The notes below the pieces were generated by a model. The model made no database searches. It was not told where the DNA came from and saw only the letters and a program-made list of their open reading frames with translations. From assembly GCF_000142905.1 (NCBI RefSeq), contig NW_013657644.1, positions 66,285 to 114,139 of the forward strand: a stretch of DNA of 47,855 nt, given 5' to 3'. The DNA is from Thecamonas trahens ATCC 50062. Its lineage: Eukaryota; Protista; Apusomonadida. A program made the translations under genes and the position numbers. Shown one piece after another: positions 10,242 to 23,100 of this stretch (the first letter of the stretch is position 1; every line of letters begins with the position of its first letter).

Positions 10242-13200
10242 TCAAGGGCCAAGCAGCGGCACCTCGTCGCGCATTCCCCTTCCCTGCCGCCGCTGCCGTC
10301 TCACCGCGCCCGGCTTCATCAGCTCAGCCAGCGTCGGCGGCTTGTACCGCCGCAGCAAGAGCGAGGAGCAGACGACCGAGACCGACGACATAGCCATGGC
10401 GAGGCCGCCGAGCCACGGTGGAATCATGATCGTCGAGTACGGGCACCAGTACAGCCATCCGGCCGCCAGCGGAATGCCCACACAGTTGTACACCAGTGCC
10501 CACACAAAGTTGAGCCGGATGCGGTTAAAGGTGACCGATGAGAGGTCGATCGCCACCAGCACGTCTACCAGCGACGACTTCATGATGACCACGTCCGCCA
10601 CGTCGATGGCCACGTCCGTCCCGGCTCCGATGGCAATGCCCACATCGGCCTCGGCGAGCGCAGGCGCGTCATTGATCCCGTCGCCCACCATTGCCACCAT
10701 CGGCTTGGCCCCACCGTTCACCCAAGCGTCCTGCGCCTGGAGCGCACGCACCGCCGCTGCCTTTTGTGCAGGCAGCACGTTGGCCGTGATGCAGTCCGGC
10801 GGCAGCCCGAGCTGCGTCCCGATGTAGTTGGCCGCCATTGCGTTGTCACCCGTCAGCATGTGAACCTGGATGCCGCGCGACCGCAGCGCCGCCACAACGC
10901 CCGCAGACTCGGGGCGCACCTTGTCGGCAATCGCAATCGCGCCGAGCAGCACATGCCGCCCGCTGCTGCCCGCCACCACAGACACAAGGACCACCGTCCG
11001 CCCCAGCGGCTCATGCTCTGCAAGAAAGTCGCCAATCTCCATGTCGTTCTCGCTCAGCAGCTCGCCGCCCTCACTCCCGTCTGCCGTCATGAACCGCGGC
11101 GCGCCGACCCGGACCCGCAGCGGCTGCCCAGCTGCAACCCGGACCGGGCCGTCCACTCCTAGCGCGTCGAGCTCCACGTCGCACGGCGCCACCACAACCG
11201 CCTCCACCCCGTGCCCGGTCACAGACTCAAACTCGCTCACCACCGGTAGCTGCCCGGGCTCCAGCCCAAGCGTGCCCTTGCAGTGCTCCAGAATCGCCAG
11301 CGCAAGCGGGTGCTGCGAGTTGGCCTCCAGCGCACCGGCGAGCTGGAACAGGACAAGTTCGGCGTCGTCTACAGACTCGGACCACGCCGCGCACGCCGCA
11401 TGCTCGATTACCGTCGGCTTGCCGAGCGTAAACGTTCCGGTCTTGTCAAACACCACCGTAGTCACCCGGTGGCACGACTCGAGCGCCGCGCCACCCTTGA
11501 TCAGAATCCCGTGCGCGGCGCCGACGCCAGTGCCCACCATCACCGCCGTCGGCGTCGCCAGGCCCAGTGCACATGGACAGGCAATGACAAGGACAGAGAC
11601 TCCAAACATGAGCGAGGTGAGGAAGCCCGACGAGCCGTGCGGGTAGCATGCCGCCGGCAGCGTGCCCGACGATGTGAGCACCAGCCAGAGCACAAAGTTG
11701 GCTGCCGCAAGCAGCAGCACGCCAGGCACAAACTTGGCCGCCACACCATCTGCAAACGACTGGATCGGCGCCTTGGACGTCTGCGCCTCCTCCACCAGCT
11801 TGATGATTTGCGCCAGCGCCGTGGACGACCCCACAGCTGTCGCCTCCATCCGGAAGCTCGAGTTGACGTTGATCGTTCCGCCGAGTACCGTGTCTCCGGC
11901 CTCCTTGGTCACCGGCATCGACTCGCCGGTGATCATCGACTCGTCTACTGTCGACCGCCCGCTCACCACCCGCCCATCGGTCGGAATCGCGTCACCCGGC
12001 TGGACAAGCAGCACATCGCCGCGCTGCACAAGATCAAGCGAAATGACTTCGCGCGAGACCTCACTACTTGTGGCATCGCCCTCCTCCTCGAGCACAAGCA
12101 GCGTCGCAGTCTTGGGCTGGAGCCCGAGCAGCGACGTAATTGCTGCAGACGTCTTGCCCTTGGCCAGCGACTCAAACATCCGCCCCATCAGAATAAACGT
12201 GAGCAGCATGGCAGAGGTCTCGAAAAACGTCGTCGCCCGGTAGCTCGGCCGCACCACAGACACCGCCGTCGCCAGCAGCGAGTAGCTCCACGAGATCGTC
12301 GTCGCGCTCACCACCAGCACGTCCATCGTTGGTGACCAGTGCTTCATCGACTTGTACGCCGAGATGTAAAACGGCTTGCCGAGCCCAAACTGGACCGGCG
12401 CAGAGAGTATCGCCAGAAACACGTTGGCGTGCGAGGCGCCCAGGAACGACCGCGCCTCCAGAAAGCTGCTCACAGGCTCGACATGGTTAAACACAAACGA
12501 GAGGAGGAAAATGGGAACTGTGAACATCAGCGACGTCACAAACTTGGCCCGCCAGTCTGCCGTCTCACTCGCCTTGGTCAGTCGGTCCACAGACGCCTCC
12601 GCCGCCGCGAGCCGCGCCTCAAACCCGAGCTCCTCCACCGCCGCAATGAGGTCGCGCGGGCCCACAACCGCAGACTGGTGCTTGATGCTCGCCACCCCGG
12701 TCGTCAGGTTGACTGCCACAGACGCCACCCCGTCCATCTCGCCCACGTTACTCTCGATCGTATGCACACACGACGAGCACGTCATCCCGTCCACGTCCAG
12801 TCGTGTGTGCGTCAGCTGCGACGTCTCGGCCTCCAGGAACTCGGCGCCGAACCCGATCTCGTCAAACTCGGCCACGAGCTCGTCCACGCTCGTCTGCTCA
12901 GGCTCAAACATGACCTCGGCCTTTTCCGCGAGCAGGCCAACCACAATCGAGACCACTCCCGGCCGCGCCGCAAAGTGGTTCTCGATCGACCGCACACACG
13001 ACGCGCACGACATGCCACTCACCCCAAACACCGCCCGCTGTGCACTGCTACTGACCCGGGACCCACTTTGGCCTGCGCCGCCCGCTGCGTCACTTGCAGA
13101 TCCTCTGCCGCCCGACTGCGTTCCCGACGACGCCTTGGATAGCAGCGACCGTGTGACCACCGCAGCATGCTCCCGCCCCTCGACAACGTCAAAGCCGGCG

Positions 13201-14721
13201 TCCTCAATCGCGCCCCGCACCTGCGCCTTTGCCTCGCTGTCAAGAGCGGTGTCAGCGTAGACCACTGCCGTCTCGTCGTCGAGCGAGACAACCGCAGTAT
13301 CCACAAAAGGCAGCACCCGGAGCGCTCCGGTGATCGAGTTGACGCACGACGAGCACGTCATGCCTGTCACGCCGACCGTCAGTGCGTAAAGTGGCGTCGG
13401 CTCACCGACCACAGACGCGTCAAAGCCGAGATCCTCAACAGCGCCCACCAGCCCATCGATGGTGCCGACCGCGCGATCGAGAATAACCTCCACCGTCGAT
13501 GCCCCGCCCGAGACTAGCGTGACCGAGAGAACCCGGTCAACGCCACGCGTCAGCGGAAGGTTCGACTCGATCGCCGCCACGCACGACCCGCACGTCATGC
13601 CGAGCACCTCGAGTGTGACTCGGGCGTGCGCAGCAAGGCTTGCAAGCTCGCCGGTCACGCTCGCCACCGTCCGCGCATCAAACCCGAGTGCCTCCACCGC
13701 AGACACCAGACCGGCCCTGTCGATTTGCTGCTCGTTGTGCCGCGCGACCACAAGACCCGGCGTGAGCTCGACCGCGTCGAGACCGAGCACGCCATCGAGC
13801 TTGGGTAGCTGACCGCGGATTGCCGCCACGCACGAACCGCACGTCATACCGTCGACCGCAATGATGCTCACCTGCTGGCCTGCCAGCTCGGCGAGCGGGA
13901 CTGCAGACACCACTCTGGCATCAAAGCCAGCACCCTCCACTGCTGCCGCCACCTCGGCCGCCACTGTGCCCGGCACGATGTTACCCTTAACGCTGGCCAC
14001 CAAAAGGCCCGGATCGAGCGAGAGAGCCTCGACCTGCGCGCCGGCCACGCGCTCGCCCAACGCCGCCGTCACCGAGCTTGTGCACGACGAGCAGGTCATG
14101 CCGTCGATAGCCACCACAACCACTACGCCAGGTGCACCGCGAGCCGCCATGCGGAGCGAAGCCAGCCCGCTATCACCTCCATCTCTCTGCTGTCCAGACT
14201 CGCCCGAGACCAGCGACCCGATCGAGGTCGCCGTCGTGAGCGAGCCGGCTGTCGAGACCAGCTCCGATCGCGTAGCAAGTTCAAAGCCTGCGCTTTCCAC
14301 CGCTTCACCCAGCCGGGCAATCGAGACCTTTGACGGATGATACGAGATTCGAACCAGATGTTCATCCAATGATGCATGAGCCGACAGCACGCCATCGACC
14401 TGACCCAACGCCGCCTCCACCGCCTGCGTACATGATGTGCAGGTCATGCCTATCTCCGTCCACCCCGTTCCACCACCACCACCACCACCGCCACCACAAG
14501 TATATCAACCATCACGACATGTCCTCTCTCCATGACGTAACCCCCCCCCCCCCCCCTCGCCGCTGCCCCCCCCCCCCCCCCCCACTCCCCTCCGCCACCC
14601 GACTCCCCCCGACCCCACCCCCGCCACCCTCACCCTCACCCCCTACCCCCCACATCATCTACTACATACCAGAGATATGGAGAGTGACGATGGACCACTC
14701 CTCGGAATTGGACCCTCTCAT
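10242..14721 (-). CDS. ATP7: Copper-transporting P1B-1 ATPase, ATP7A/B-like; exons 14721-14670 and 14449-10242
   Basis: Seven GM(T/S)CxSC HMA domains, [30 protein letters not shown] and MAMSS. A GTATGT...AG intron at 14669-14450 joins [24 protein letters not shown] in phase and completes HMA1. Confidence 0.95.
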
Positions 14722-14975
14722 TGTCGGTCTCACGACGAGTCTTGCTCCCCTTCCCCCACCCCCGTTCCACCCCGCACACGTGGACTCGTGTCGGTCAGGC
14801 CTTCTCAGGTCGCACCCGACCCTCCCCGTCCTGAATGGCCACACACACGCTACCCATGCGGTCACAGTCAAATTCAAACAATCACGCCAACTCACCATGA
14901 TGATATAATATGGTTATATGGTCGGATCATTGTTTCGCTATGGAGCAGATGACGACAACAATGACCACGATGTCG

Positions 14976-16307
14976 CTACGTCAAGGTCGGAGTGCCCATG
15001 TCCATCCCGACAGCAGCGCCGCCGCTCATAAACTCGGGCTCGTCGTCGGGAAAGGCCATGCTCGTTGCAGGCTCGCTTCCAAAGGCGTAGTTGGGCGAGG
15101 TAGCCATGGCGGCTGGCACTGGCTCGGAAGGTGGGCCCGGCGATGGATGGAGCATCGAGTACAGGTCTGCCGTGTACGCCTGATGCGACGCGGCTTCGGG
15201 GTGGAATCGGAGCATTTCGTTGAAGAGTAGGGCGCGGATGGTGGACGCGTCGAGGCTTGGTGCAAGCTCAAAGTCAAAGGGAGCGAGCTGGTGTGGCGCC
15301 TCGATCTCGGAAGCGCGGTCGCGGAATTCAGTGTCAAAGACCGGATGGTCGAGCGCATCAGCGGCGCTCAGCCGAGTCCGCCAGTCCATGTCCAACAGCC
15401 GTGTCGCGAGGTCAAGCAAGTCCGGCGGTGCGTCTGGGAATCGGGCCGAGAGCGGGACAAACGGCGGAAAGGTGTAGCCGAGGATGTAGCTGCGCGCATC
15501 AGCCGGGTACTGGTCCACAAGATCGCTCGGTGGTGGGCCAAAGGTGTCCAAGATGAGGTTGAGTTGCGAGAGGTCAGTCGGCCCGTCGAGCCACGGCCGC
15601 GCGTCGCCGGAGAGAAACTCGAGGATCATCATGCCTACGGCCCACATGTCGATGGCTTCCGAGTAGTTGTACGGGTCGAGAAAGAGCTCAGGTGCACGAT
15701 ACGCCCGAGTCACCACCACCGCCTCGTAGTCTGGTACAATGTGCTGCTTGGCGAGCCCAAAGTCGCAGATCTTGAGCACGCAGTGTGCGTTGGTGAGGCA
15801 GTTGTCTGGCTTGAGGTCGCGGTGCATGCAGCCTGCCGAGTGCAGGTACTTGAGTGCCTTGAGGATCTGGTAGGCAAAGAAGACGTAGTGCGCAGACGTG
15901 AGGCTCTGTGAGGAGGCAAGGACCGACCGGAGGTCGACGTCGACCAGCTCGACTACCAGGTACAGATCTGTGAACGACGTGGCGTCGCTTGCGGCGATGG
16001 GCATGACGTCGAGCAGCGCGAGAATGTTGGGATGATCGAGCACGCCCTGGATGGCCAGCTCACGCAGTGTGCGCTTGGCCTGCAGCGTCAGTGCCTCGGT
16101 CGAGAGCCGCTTCGCGTCCATCAGCCGCGACAGCTTCTTCACCGCCACCTCCTTTCCGCTCGCCACCTCGACCGCCCTCGCCACCACACCCGACGTTCCA
16201 GCCCCGAGCACTTCCTCCACCCGATACCGCCCGTCCACCACCAGCATCTCCTCGCGCCCGTGTACAGTCACCGTATACTGCACCCTTCCCCCGTCGTCGG
16301 TCGCCAT
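14976..16307 (-). CDS. MAP kinase-like CMGC kinase with atypical activation loop
   Basis: GAGTSG, VAVKK, AKRTLREL, DLYLVVEL, YQILKALKYLHSA, HRDLKPDN, LKICDFGLA, VVTRAYRAPE. First ATG at 16307. Confidence 0.92.
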   Translation of the reverse strand: MATDDGGRVQYTVTVHGREEMLVVDGRYRVEEVLGAGTSGVVARAVEVASGKEVAVKKLSRLMDAKRLSTEALTLQAKRTLRELAIQGVLDHPNILALLDVMPIAASDATSFTDLYLVVELVDVDLRSVLASSQSLTSAHYVFFAYQILKALKYLHSAGCMHRDLKPDNCLTNAHCVLKICDFGLAKQHIVPDYEAVVVTRAYRAPELFLDPYNYSEAIDMWAVGMMILEFLSGDARPWLDGPTDLSQLNLILDTFGPPPSDLVDQYPADARSYILGYTFPPFVPLSARFPDAPPDLLDLATRLLDMDWRTRLSAADALDHPVFDTEFRDRASEIEAPHQLAPFDFELAPSLDASTIRALLFNEMLRFHPEAASHQAYTADLYSMLHPSPGPPSEPVPAAMATSPNYAFGSEPATSMAFPDDEPEFMSGGAAVGMDMGTPTLT

Positions 16308-16794
16308 TTCCCACTCCCCACGCAGCAAAGTCGGGTGTTGCTGTTGCCCTCCCCAACCCCGTCCCAACCCCAGCCATGACTGCGGCAAACGTATCGCCGC
16401 CTGGTCTGAGCCGTGCTACCCCAGCCAGCCACCATCAGCGCCATCATACCCCCCCCCCCCCCCCTCCCCCCTGATTAGAGCGTTGTAGGCTTCACCGTCC
16501 ACGACTGCACCTGCCGGTGGTGTACCCACTGAAGGATGAAGCGGATGTGATTATTTGTAAACTTTTTTTTTACAACTTTTGATTGTTTCTACACCACCAA
16601 AAACTAGTATACCGACAAAAGGGAAATTATTGCTTAACGGAAGTCGCTACAGAGCATGGATAGGAGATAAAAAACAATATCTGTTGGTTCTGATAGAAGC
16701 AACTAGTGGGTTGCTTTAGGTTCCTGGAGAGATGCTCAAAGGACACGCCCATCACCACCACACACACACCGACCACGACATCGATCAGACCATT

Positions 16795-16842
16795 CCCACC
16801 CCATCCCATCCCATCCCACCCCATCCCATCCCATCCCATCCC
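16795..16842. repeat. (CCCAT/CCCAC)n pentamer repeat
   Basis: cccatcccatcccatcccacc...; a similar short tract lies at 7980-8000. Confidence 0.8.
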
Positions 16843-17133
16843 AACTACCAAGTCCAGCAAGTAGATCCTAGTCCCTCCATACCCCCCCCCTCCCCCTTCC
16901 CCCTCATCTAGCCCATCTTGCCCATCATGTTGCCATCGCCACCATCAGGGCAGGGCATCAGCCAAATACGCCAACACTGGCCAACCCTGTCACGTTTTCA
17001 TGAACACATTCATTGTTCTTCCAACAACCCAACAAACTAGGATACGGCTGTCCAGAGGCGAGTCACGACACGCTCTGCTCCCTCACGCTTGCTTGGCGTG
17101 AAGATGCCGATACACATACACACACTCGAGTCA

Positions 17134-20100
17134 ATGGCAGCGGTAGACTTTGAGGAGGTGGTGCTGGGCCTGAAGAGGTACCTTGTGGGTGTAGGTGCGG
17201 TCTTTGCTGAGGAGGTCGAAGAGCATGTTGCTGAGGATGACCGTCCCTTGACTATGGCCGTAGCAATGGCTCAGAGTGGCTCGGGCCAGGAAGCGATGAC
17301 GACGACGACGACGGCGGCGGCGGCTACGACGGCGGCGGCGGCGGCTGCGACTGCTGCGGCTACGACAACAGGCGACATTGAGACGGGAACAGGCTTCCCG
17401 ACCAAGTTGCTCAGTACATACATGTGTGGCAGAGACCCAGAGCCGTACCTGAGCGAGCTCGCGGCCACGCTGAGGGTCTCCGTTTGTGGGGCAGGCTGGA
17501 ACGAAGGCGCACTTGCCTTTCGCTGTCTCACCTGCCAGGTCTCCGACTCTTCGGCTATCTGTGCCGCCTGTTTCAAAGCCTCGGATCATGCTGATCATGA
17601 GTACAAGATGTACAAATCGGGCTTTGGCGGCGTGTGCGACTGTGGAAACGAGCTGGCATGGGCAAGAGAGGGCTTCTGCTCCGCCCATCAGGGCTACGAT
17701 CCTGACTTCAACACCCTCAGCCAGCTCCCGCCCGACCTTCTCGCTCGAGCGCGCAAGCTCATGGTGCTGCTGCTCAACGCGCTCGCACATGTGCTGGCCC
17801 CGCACTCGGTGCCCATTCCCGACGCGCTCGCCCTTGCCTCACCAGCACCGGACATCCTTGCTACAGACATCATGGACTATGTCCTCGGCATCTCGAACCT
17901 CTCGGACGCCTTTCGTCTAATCGTCACCGAGGCCTTCACCTTTCCGGTTACACTCATGCCGCTGATTGACGGCACCACGCCGACGGCCCATGCCGTCGCC
18001 GCCGCCGTAGCCGACTTTGAGGCCTCGGGCGCACTCGACGCCGACACGCCGCTGCCGTCGGTAGACTACCTCGCGCCACTGCCAGTGCGCAAGGAAGATG
18101 CGGGGACCGGCTTGGCGCTACCGCCGGCTGGTGTCGGCTTTGAGAGCCTACTCGACGCTGCTTGCTCGGCGTTCCTCACGCACACTCCGGAGCTTAACGA
18201 CGCCTTCTCGTCGTTTGTCATGTCGCTCCTCAACGACTTTCGCATGAAGCAGCAGTTTATGCGGGTCTTCATGACGTACTACGCCCACATGGCGCGCCAC
18301 CTGCCGCGCCTTGCCCTCCGCGATGCTGGTCAGCCGGCAGCCGTCCGCGAGGCGTCCAAAAAGTTCCTCGATGACCTGGTCAATCGGCTCTCGGCGCAGC
18401 TCTTCTCGTTCCCGCACATCATGCTCGAAGTGTTTGACACTTACAACCTGCTTGGCGTTATCACCGATGCCGTCCGTCTCGTCCTCGAGTCGACCGCTGC
18501 AGACTTTCCGTACGCTCCGCAGACCTTTGCCTCGCGCGCCGAGGCCGTGGCCTCGGGCATCCGTTTTGCGCCGGTCGTTCGCCGCATCGACGTCACCTCG
18601 CCCATCATCGAGCAGCGCCACTACTGGTCGTTTTCCAACGACATTGTCTCTATTCTGGGCCACGCCGAAATTGCTGCGCACTGTCTCACTGCGCCGCGGG
18701 TCTTTGACGCGCTCCTTGACCTCGCTGCGACGGCCAACGAGATTTTCCCCATGTTCCAGCTCCAGGTCGGTCAGTACGATGCATGGGCGGCCAGCCTCAC
18801 GCTCCAGGCCGAAGTCGTCCAGCCGTTTTCGTCGTTTGCCGACGGTCTCCGCCACCACCATGCCGCCCACGCCGACGTCGGTCCATGTGATTGCGTTGAG
18901 ATCATGCAGAGCGTTATTCGCCGTGCCGCCGACAAACTGATCGCCACAGAGACGACGCTTGCCGCGGATACCACCCCGACCAACCGCGACAGCACGGTCC
19001 CGTTTGCGTCGCGCTCGGTCGGCGCCGGCGTCTCGCTCTGCTACCCGCTGCAACGGGTAGTGGCCCAGCTTGTCAGCATCGCTGTCAACGACCTCGCGCA
19101 GCTCAAGATGGCTGGCGAGCCGGTGGCCGTGCCGAGCGTGGCCGAGCTGTTTGGCGTTGCCGGCGACGAACCCGCCGCCCGAGCAGCAGCCGTGAAGCTC
19201 GCGACGGCCCTGTTTGTTCGTCCGATGCGCGCCCAGGCCTGGCTTGCCCAGACCCGGACTGGAGCCTGGCGTCGCGGCGGCAAGGGTATTGAGACCACAG
19301 TGTACGTCTACGTCTCGTCGGGATTTGGCGCCCGTCTCCGCGACCTAGACACTTTTGCGATGCAGGTCGCTCTCTCTCTGGTGGCCAACGAGACCGAGTC
19401 GCTGCTTCTGCCGGCAGCATCCGCGTTTGGCATTGGCCCGCCCGAGTTTGCGGCTATTGTCGACCTCCATTCACCAACCGTCTCCCAGTACGATGGCTTC
19501 CTCACCTTTGTCTATGCTCTCGCCACGGACCGGCTGCAGACAGGCATGCCCCTCAAGGCCGCAGTCAAGCGCGAGTTAGTCCATCGGCTGGCCTGCGCGC
19601 CGGCCTCGTTCTCTATCATCCAGCGCCAGCTCGGCTCGACCTTTGCTCGCCACCCGGCATTCTCGGACATCCTCAACTCGATCGCCGACTTTGTGCCGCC
19701 GACCGAGTCGCATTCTTCAGCGTACAAGCTCAAGCTGGACTCGTGGTTCCTGTTCGAGGCCACCTTCCCGCGGTACTCATCGCGCGAAGCTCACACCGCC
19801 CGCGAAAACTACTCGGCCATCCGGCGCTCCGCTGCCGACAAGGTCAAGCTCTCGCCGCTGCCACTGCCAGACGTCCACCGCCACCTTGTGCCGGCCTTTG
19901 CCTGGCTCCCGGACCTCCTCTCCAACCATCTGGTCTTTGCACTCACCTGGATGTTTGCCTTTCACGTCTCGGGTGCGCCGGGCGCTGCCGATGCTGCGCC
20001 GCCATCGTCGCTCTTTTACGCCCACTACTACTCGCTCGGTACGCTGCTGCAGGCCACCCGCCCACTCGACGTCGAATCTGACACGAGAGTGGGAGACGCG

Positions 20101-23100
20101 TGGCGCGCGGCCATGGACCAGCGCCCGATGATTTCGACGCTAGACGACGCACTGGGCGTGTTCTTTGACCTTGACGAGTCGCCACTTGGCGCGTGCCTTG
20201 AAGCGGTCATCTGCATGCGATTTCGGGTGGCACCGCCGTCGGGCGGGACTGACCTACCAGAGGTCTCGGTCCTGGGCTCGCTCATCCGGCTCCACGACTC
20301 GACTGCCGACGCCGAGGAGCTGTCGGTGGTGCATGCGGTGCTTGCGCGGGCATGGGCGTTTTCGGCCCTCGTCCGCGGTGAGATGGAAGGCGTCCTGGAG
20401 AAGGCTGGCGAGAGCGGGGCATCGCTACTAGCATCGCTGGCGTCGGGCTCTGGTGTTGTCGACAACGCCAAGGAGGCACGACGCCTTCGGGTCAAGCGCA
20501 AGCGCGAGCGCATCCTCGCCAAGATGCAAAAGCAGCAGTCCAAGTTTATCTCAAACCACGGCGCACTGTACTCGGAGGACGGCGACGACGACGGCGAGCC
20601 AAGCGGCACCGGTAGCAGCAGCCAGGCCGAGGCCGCTGAGGCCGCTGCACACGGCGATGGTGCGCTCTCGGCGCCACTGGGCCTTCCGGAGCGCCCTCCG
20701 TCTACGAGCTCGCTCTCGTGTGTCCTATGTCACGTCGCCGGGCCGCGATACGACGGCGCGGACACCGAGACTGCCACTGGTCGCGGCGGCGGTATCCTTG
20801 GCCCGATCTGCGCTGTCGGCTTTGCCTCTCCACATGGCTTATTTGCTGACGAATGGGCGGCGGTGACTGCGCTCAAGACCCGTGTTGATCGTGGCACCGG
20901 CCACGAGCGCAACGAGGCAGGGTCCAACGCCAATCCTGGAGTCGAGCCCCAGCCTGAGCCGTCGATCGACTCCGACTCTGACTCGGATTCTGACTCGGAG
21001 GGGCCGCCACCGGCGCCGATCCGGCGCGAGTCTCTCATGGCCCGCCTGCAGTCGATGATTGTGGCGCTATCCGGGCAGCGCCCGCGGGAAGGCTTGGGCA
21101 CAGCTGGTGAGGACGACACGGGTCAGCCGGGTCCGAGCGAGACGAGCACGCCGATGGAAGAGGAGGGCAACGGGGAGGTCCGGTCGAGTGACGATGCGCC
21201 GGTGGCGCTAGCACTCAACATGCGACCGCTGCCGGAGCCCAACGCAGTCGGCGATATGCTGGAGCCTCCGCCGGCAGCGCCGCCGTCGATCCACTTTTGC
21301 GGGCACTTTTGTCACGCCTCGTGCATGCATGCCTACTTTCAGACGCTGCTCAACAAGCGTTGGACCGGCGCCGCCAACGTGCGTCTCGGAGAGTTTCTCT
21401 GTCCTCTCTGCCGGCGGCTCTCAAACGTTGCGGTGCCGCTGGGGGCGAGCGAGGCGGAGAGCGTGGCGCCGGTGGAAGCGGCGGCGTACACGCTAAGCCC
21501 TGTCTCGTACGGCGGGTGGGCCGATGCGGTGGAGACGGTGACAGAATCCAGCGGCGGAGCAAGCGAGAGCGTGGCGCGAATGGCTGCCGCCGCCGGAGAG
21601 TTTCCGGAGCCGATGGCCGAGGCGCTGGTGACGATGGTGGAACGAGTGGGGCTTGCGACGACGTCGTGCCCACCGCACATGGCGGCACAGCCGAGCATGG
21701 CGTCGGTGGTCTTTGCGCTCGCGCCGCTGCGTGCGCTGGTGGCGGCGGAAGAGGAGGCTGCGCGAATGAGCGTGGGGACGGTGGTCCAGGCAAGCGCGCT
21801 GGTTGACTCGGCGTTTTCTGACGAGCCGCGGAAGCGGCGGCTCATGTTTGGCCTGCACGATGCTGTGCGGGCGGGCATCGGCGTTCTCGCGCATCGGCGC
21901 GAGAGCGTGGCCAGCGGCATCGTTGCCGCCCTTGCCAACTCGCTCACAGCTGCCGGTCCGAGCGGTAGCGGCGGCGAGGATGATGAGCGCGAAACAGTGG
22001 TCCTCGACTCGCTAGAGCTGTTCCAGCTGCTCGTCCTGCTGCAGAATGGCGGGCGGGTGGATGCGGACGGGTTCCGAGCAGCGGCGCGGGTGGCGGTGGC
22101 GTACGAGGTTGCGAGCTTCCTGGTGCGGGTGGCCGTGGAGGACGACCTCGCGCGACTGGTCGAGCCGCTTGTGGAAGTGGTGGCCGGGCCCGAGGTTGCC
22201 GCGCCGTTTGTGGCTGCACTCCATTCGCTCCGGACGACGATTCCGCCGCTTGGTGCAGTCTCGACCGGCGTGCAGGCAACGCTGGATCGGATCCGCAAGA
22301 TGCTCGTGCTTGGGCCAGCGGTGATGGCTGGCGCGCCGAACGACGAGGTTGGGGCCGAGGCCGTGCTTGCCGCCAACGTGCTCCCGTTGCTCCGGCGGCT
22401 GGTGGTGTACGGGAGCGGGCCGCTCGGGCTCGGGTTCGAGTCGAGCGCAGGTTCGGTCGAGGAGGCACCGGCAACCGCAGAGGCCGAGGCCGAGGCACTG
22501 CTGCGATTGATCGGCGTGAGCTCGGGTGGGTTTGGCATAGTGGCCGAGGGCGGGCCCGGAATGGCCAAAGCGATGCTCAGCTGGATCCATCCGCAGCTCG
22601 TGGTGTGTGCACCGGTGAGGCGCACGCTGCCAACGTACCTCGGGTGCGAGATCGGCGGTCCGCCTGCGCTGGAGCTTGTGGCCCTGCCGCGGGCCTACGA
22701 AGAGGTGTACCAGGATGCGTTTACCCAGCCGTGCGACAAGTGCGGGGAGATTGCGGCACAGCCCATCATGTGCCTCTTCTGCGGCAAGATCATGTGCACA
22801 TACCCGGGGCAAAAGTCGACGTCAACGTCACGATGCCGCAACGGGTACCAGCATGCGCGTGAGTGCCGCGGTGGTGGTCTCGGTCTGTTCCTCGTCCTCT
22901 CTGTCACCTCTGTCCTCCTCCTGCGGGCAAACCGGTTCTCGTGGTCCCATCGACTCTACTTTGACCGGCACGGCGAACCAGACGTTAACCTCACCCGCGG
23001 TCTGCCAGTCTTTCTGCAGGAGAGTCACTACATGGCGCTGGCGCTCGCCGCCGTCCGCAACGGCTTTGACTGGGATTCGGTGACCAAGGAGATCCGGCGG

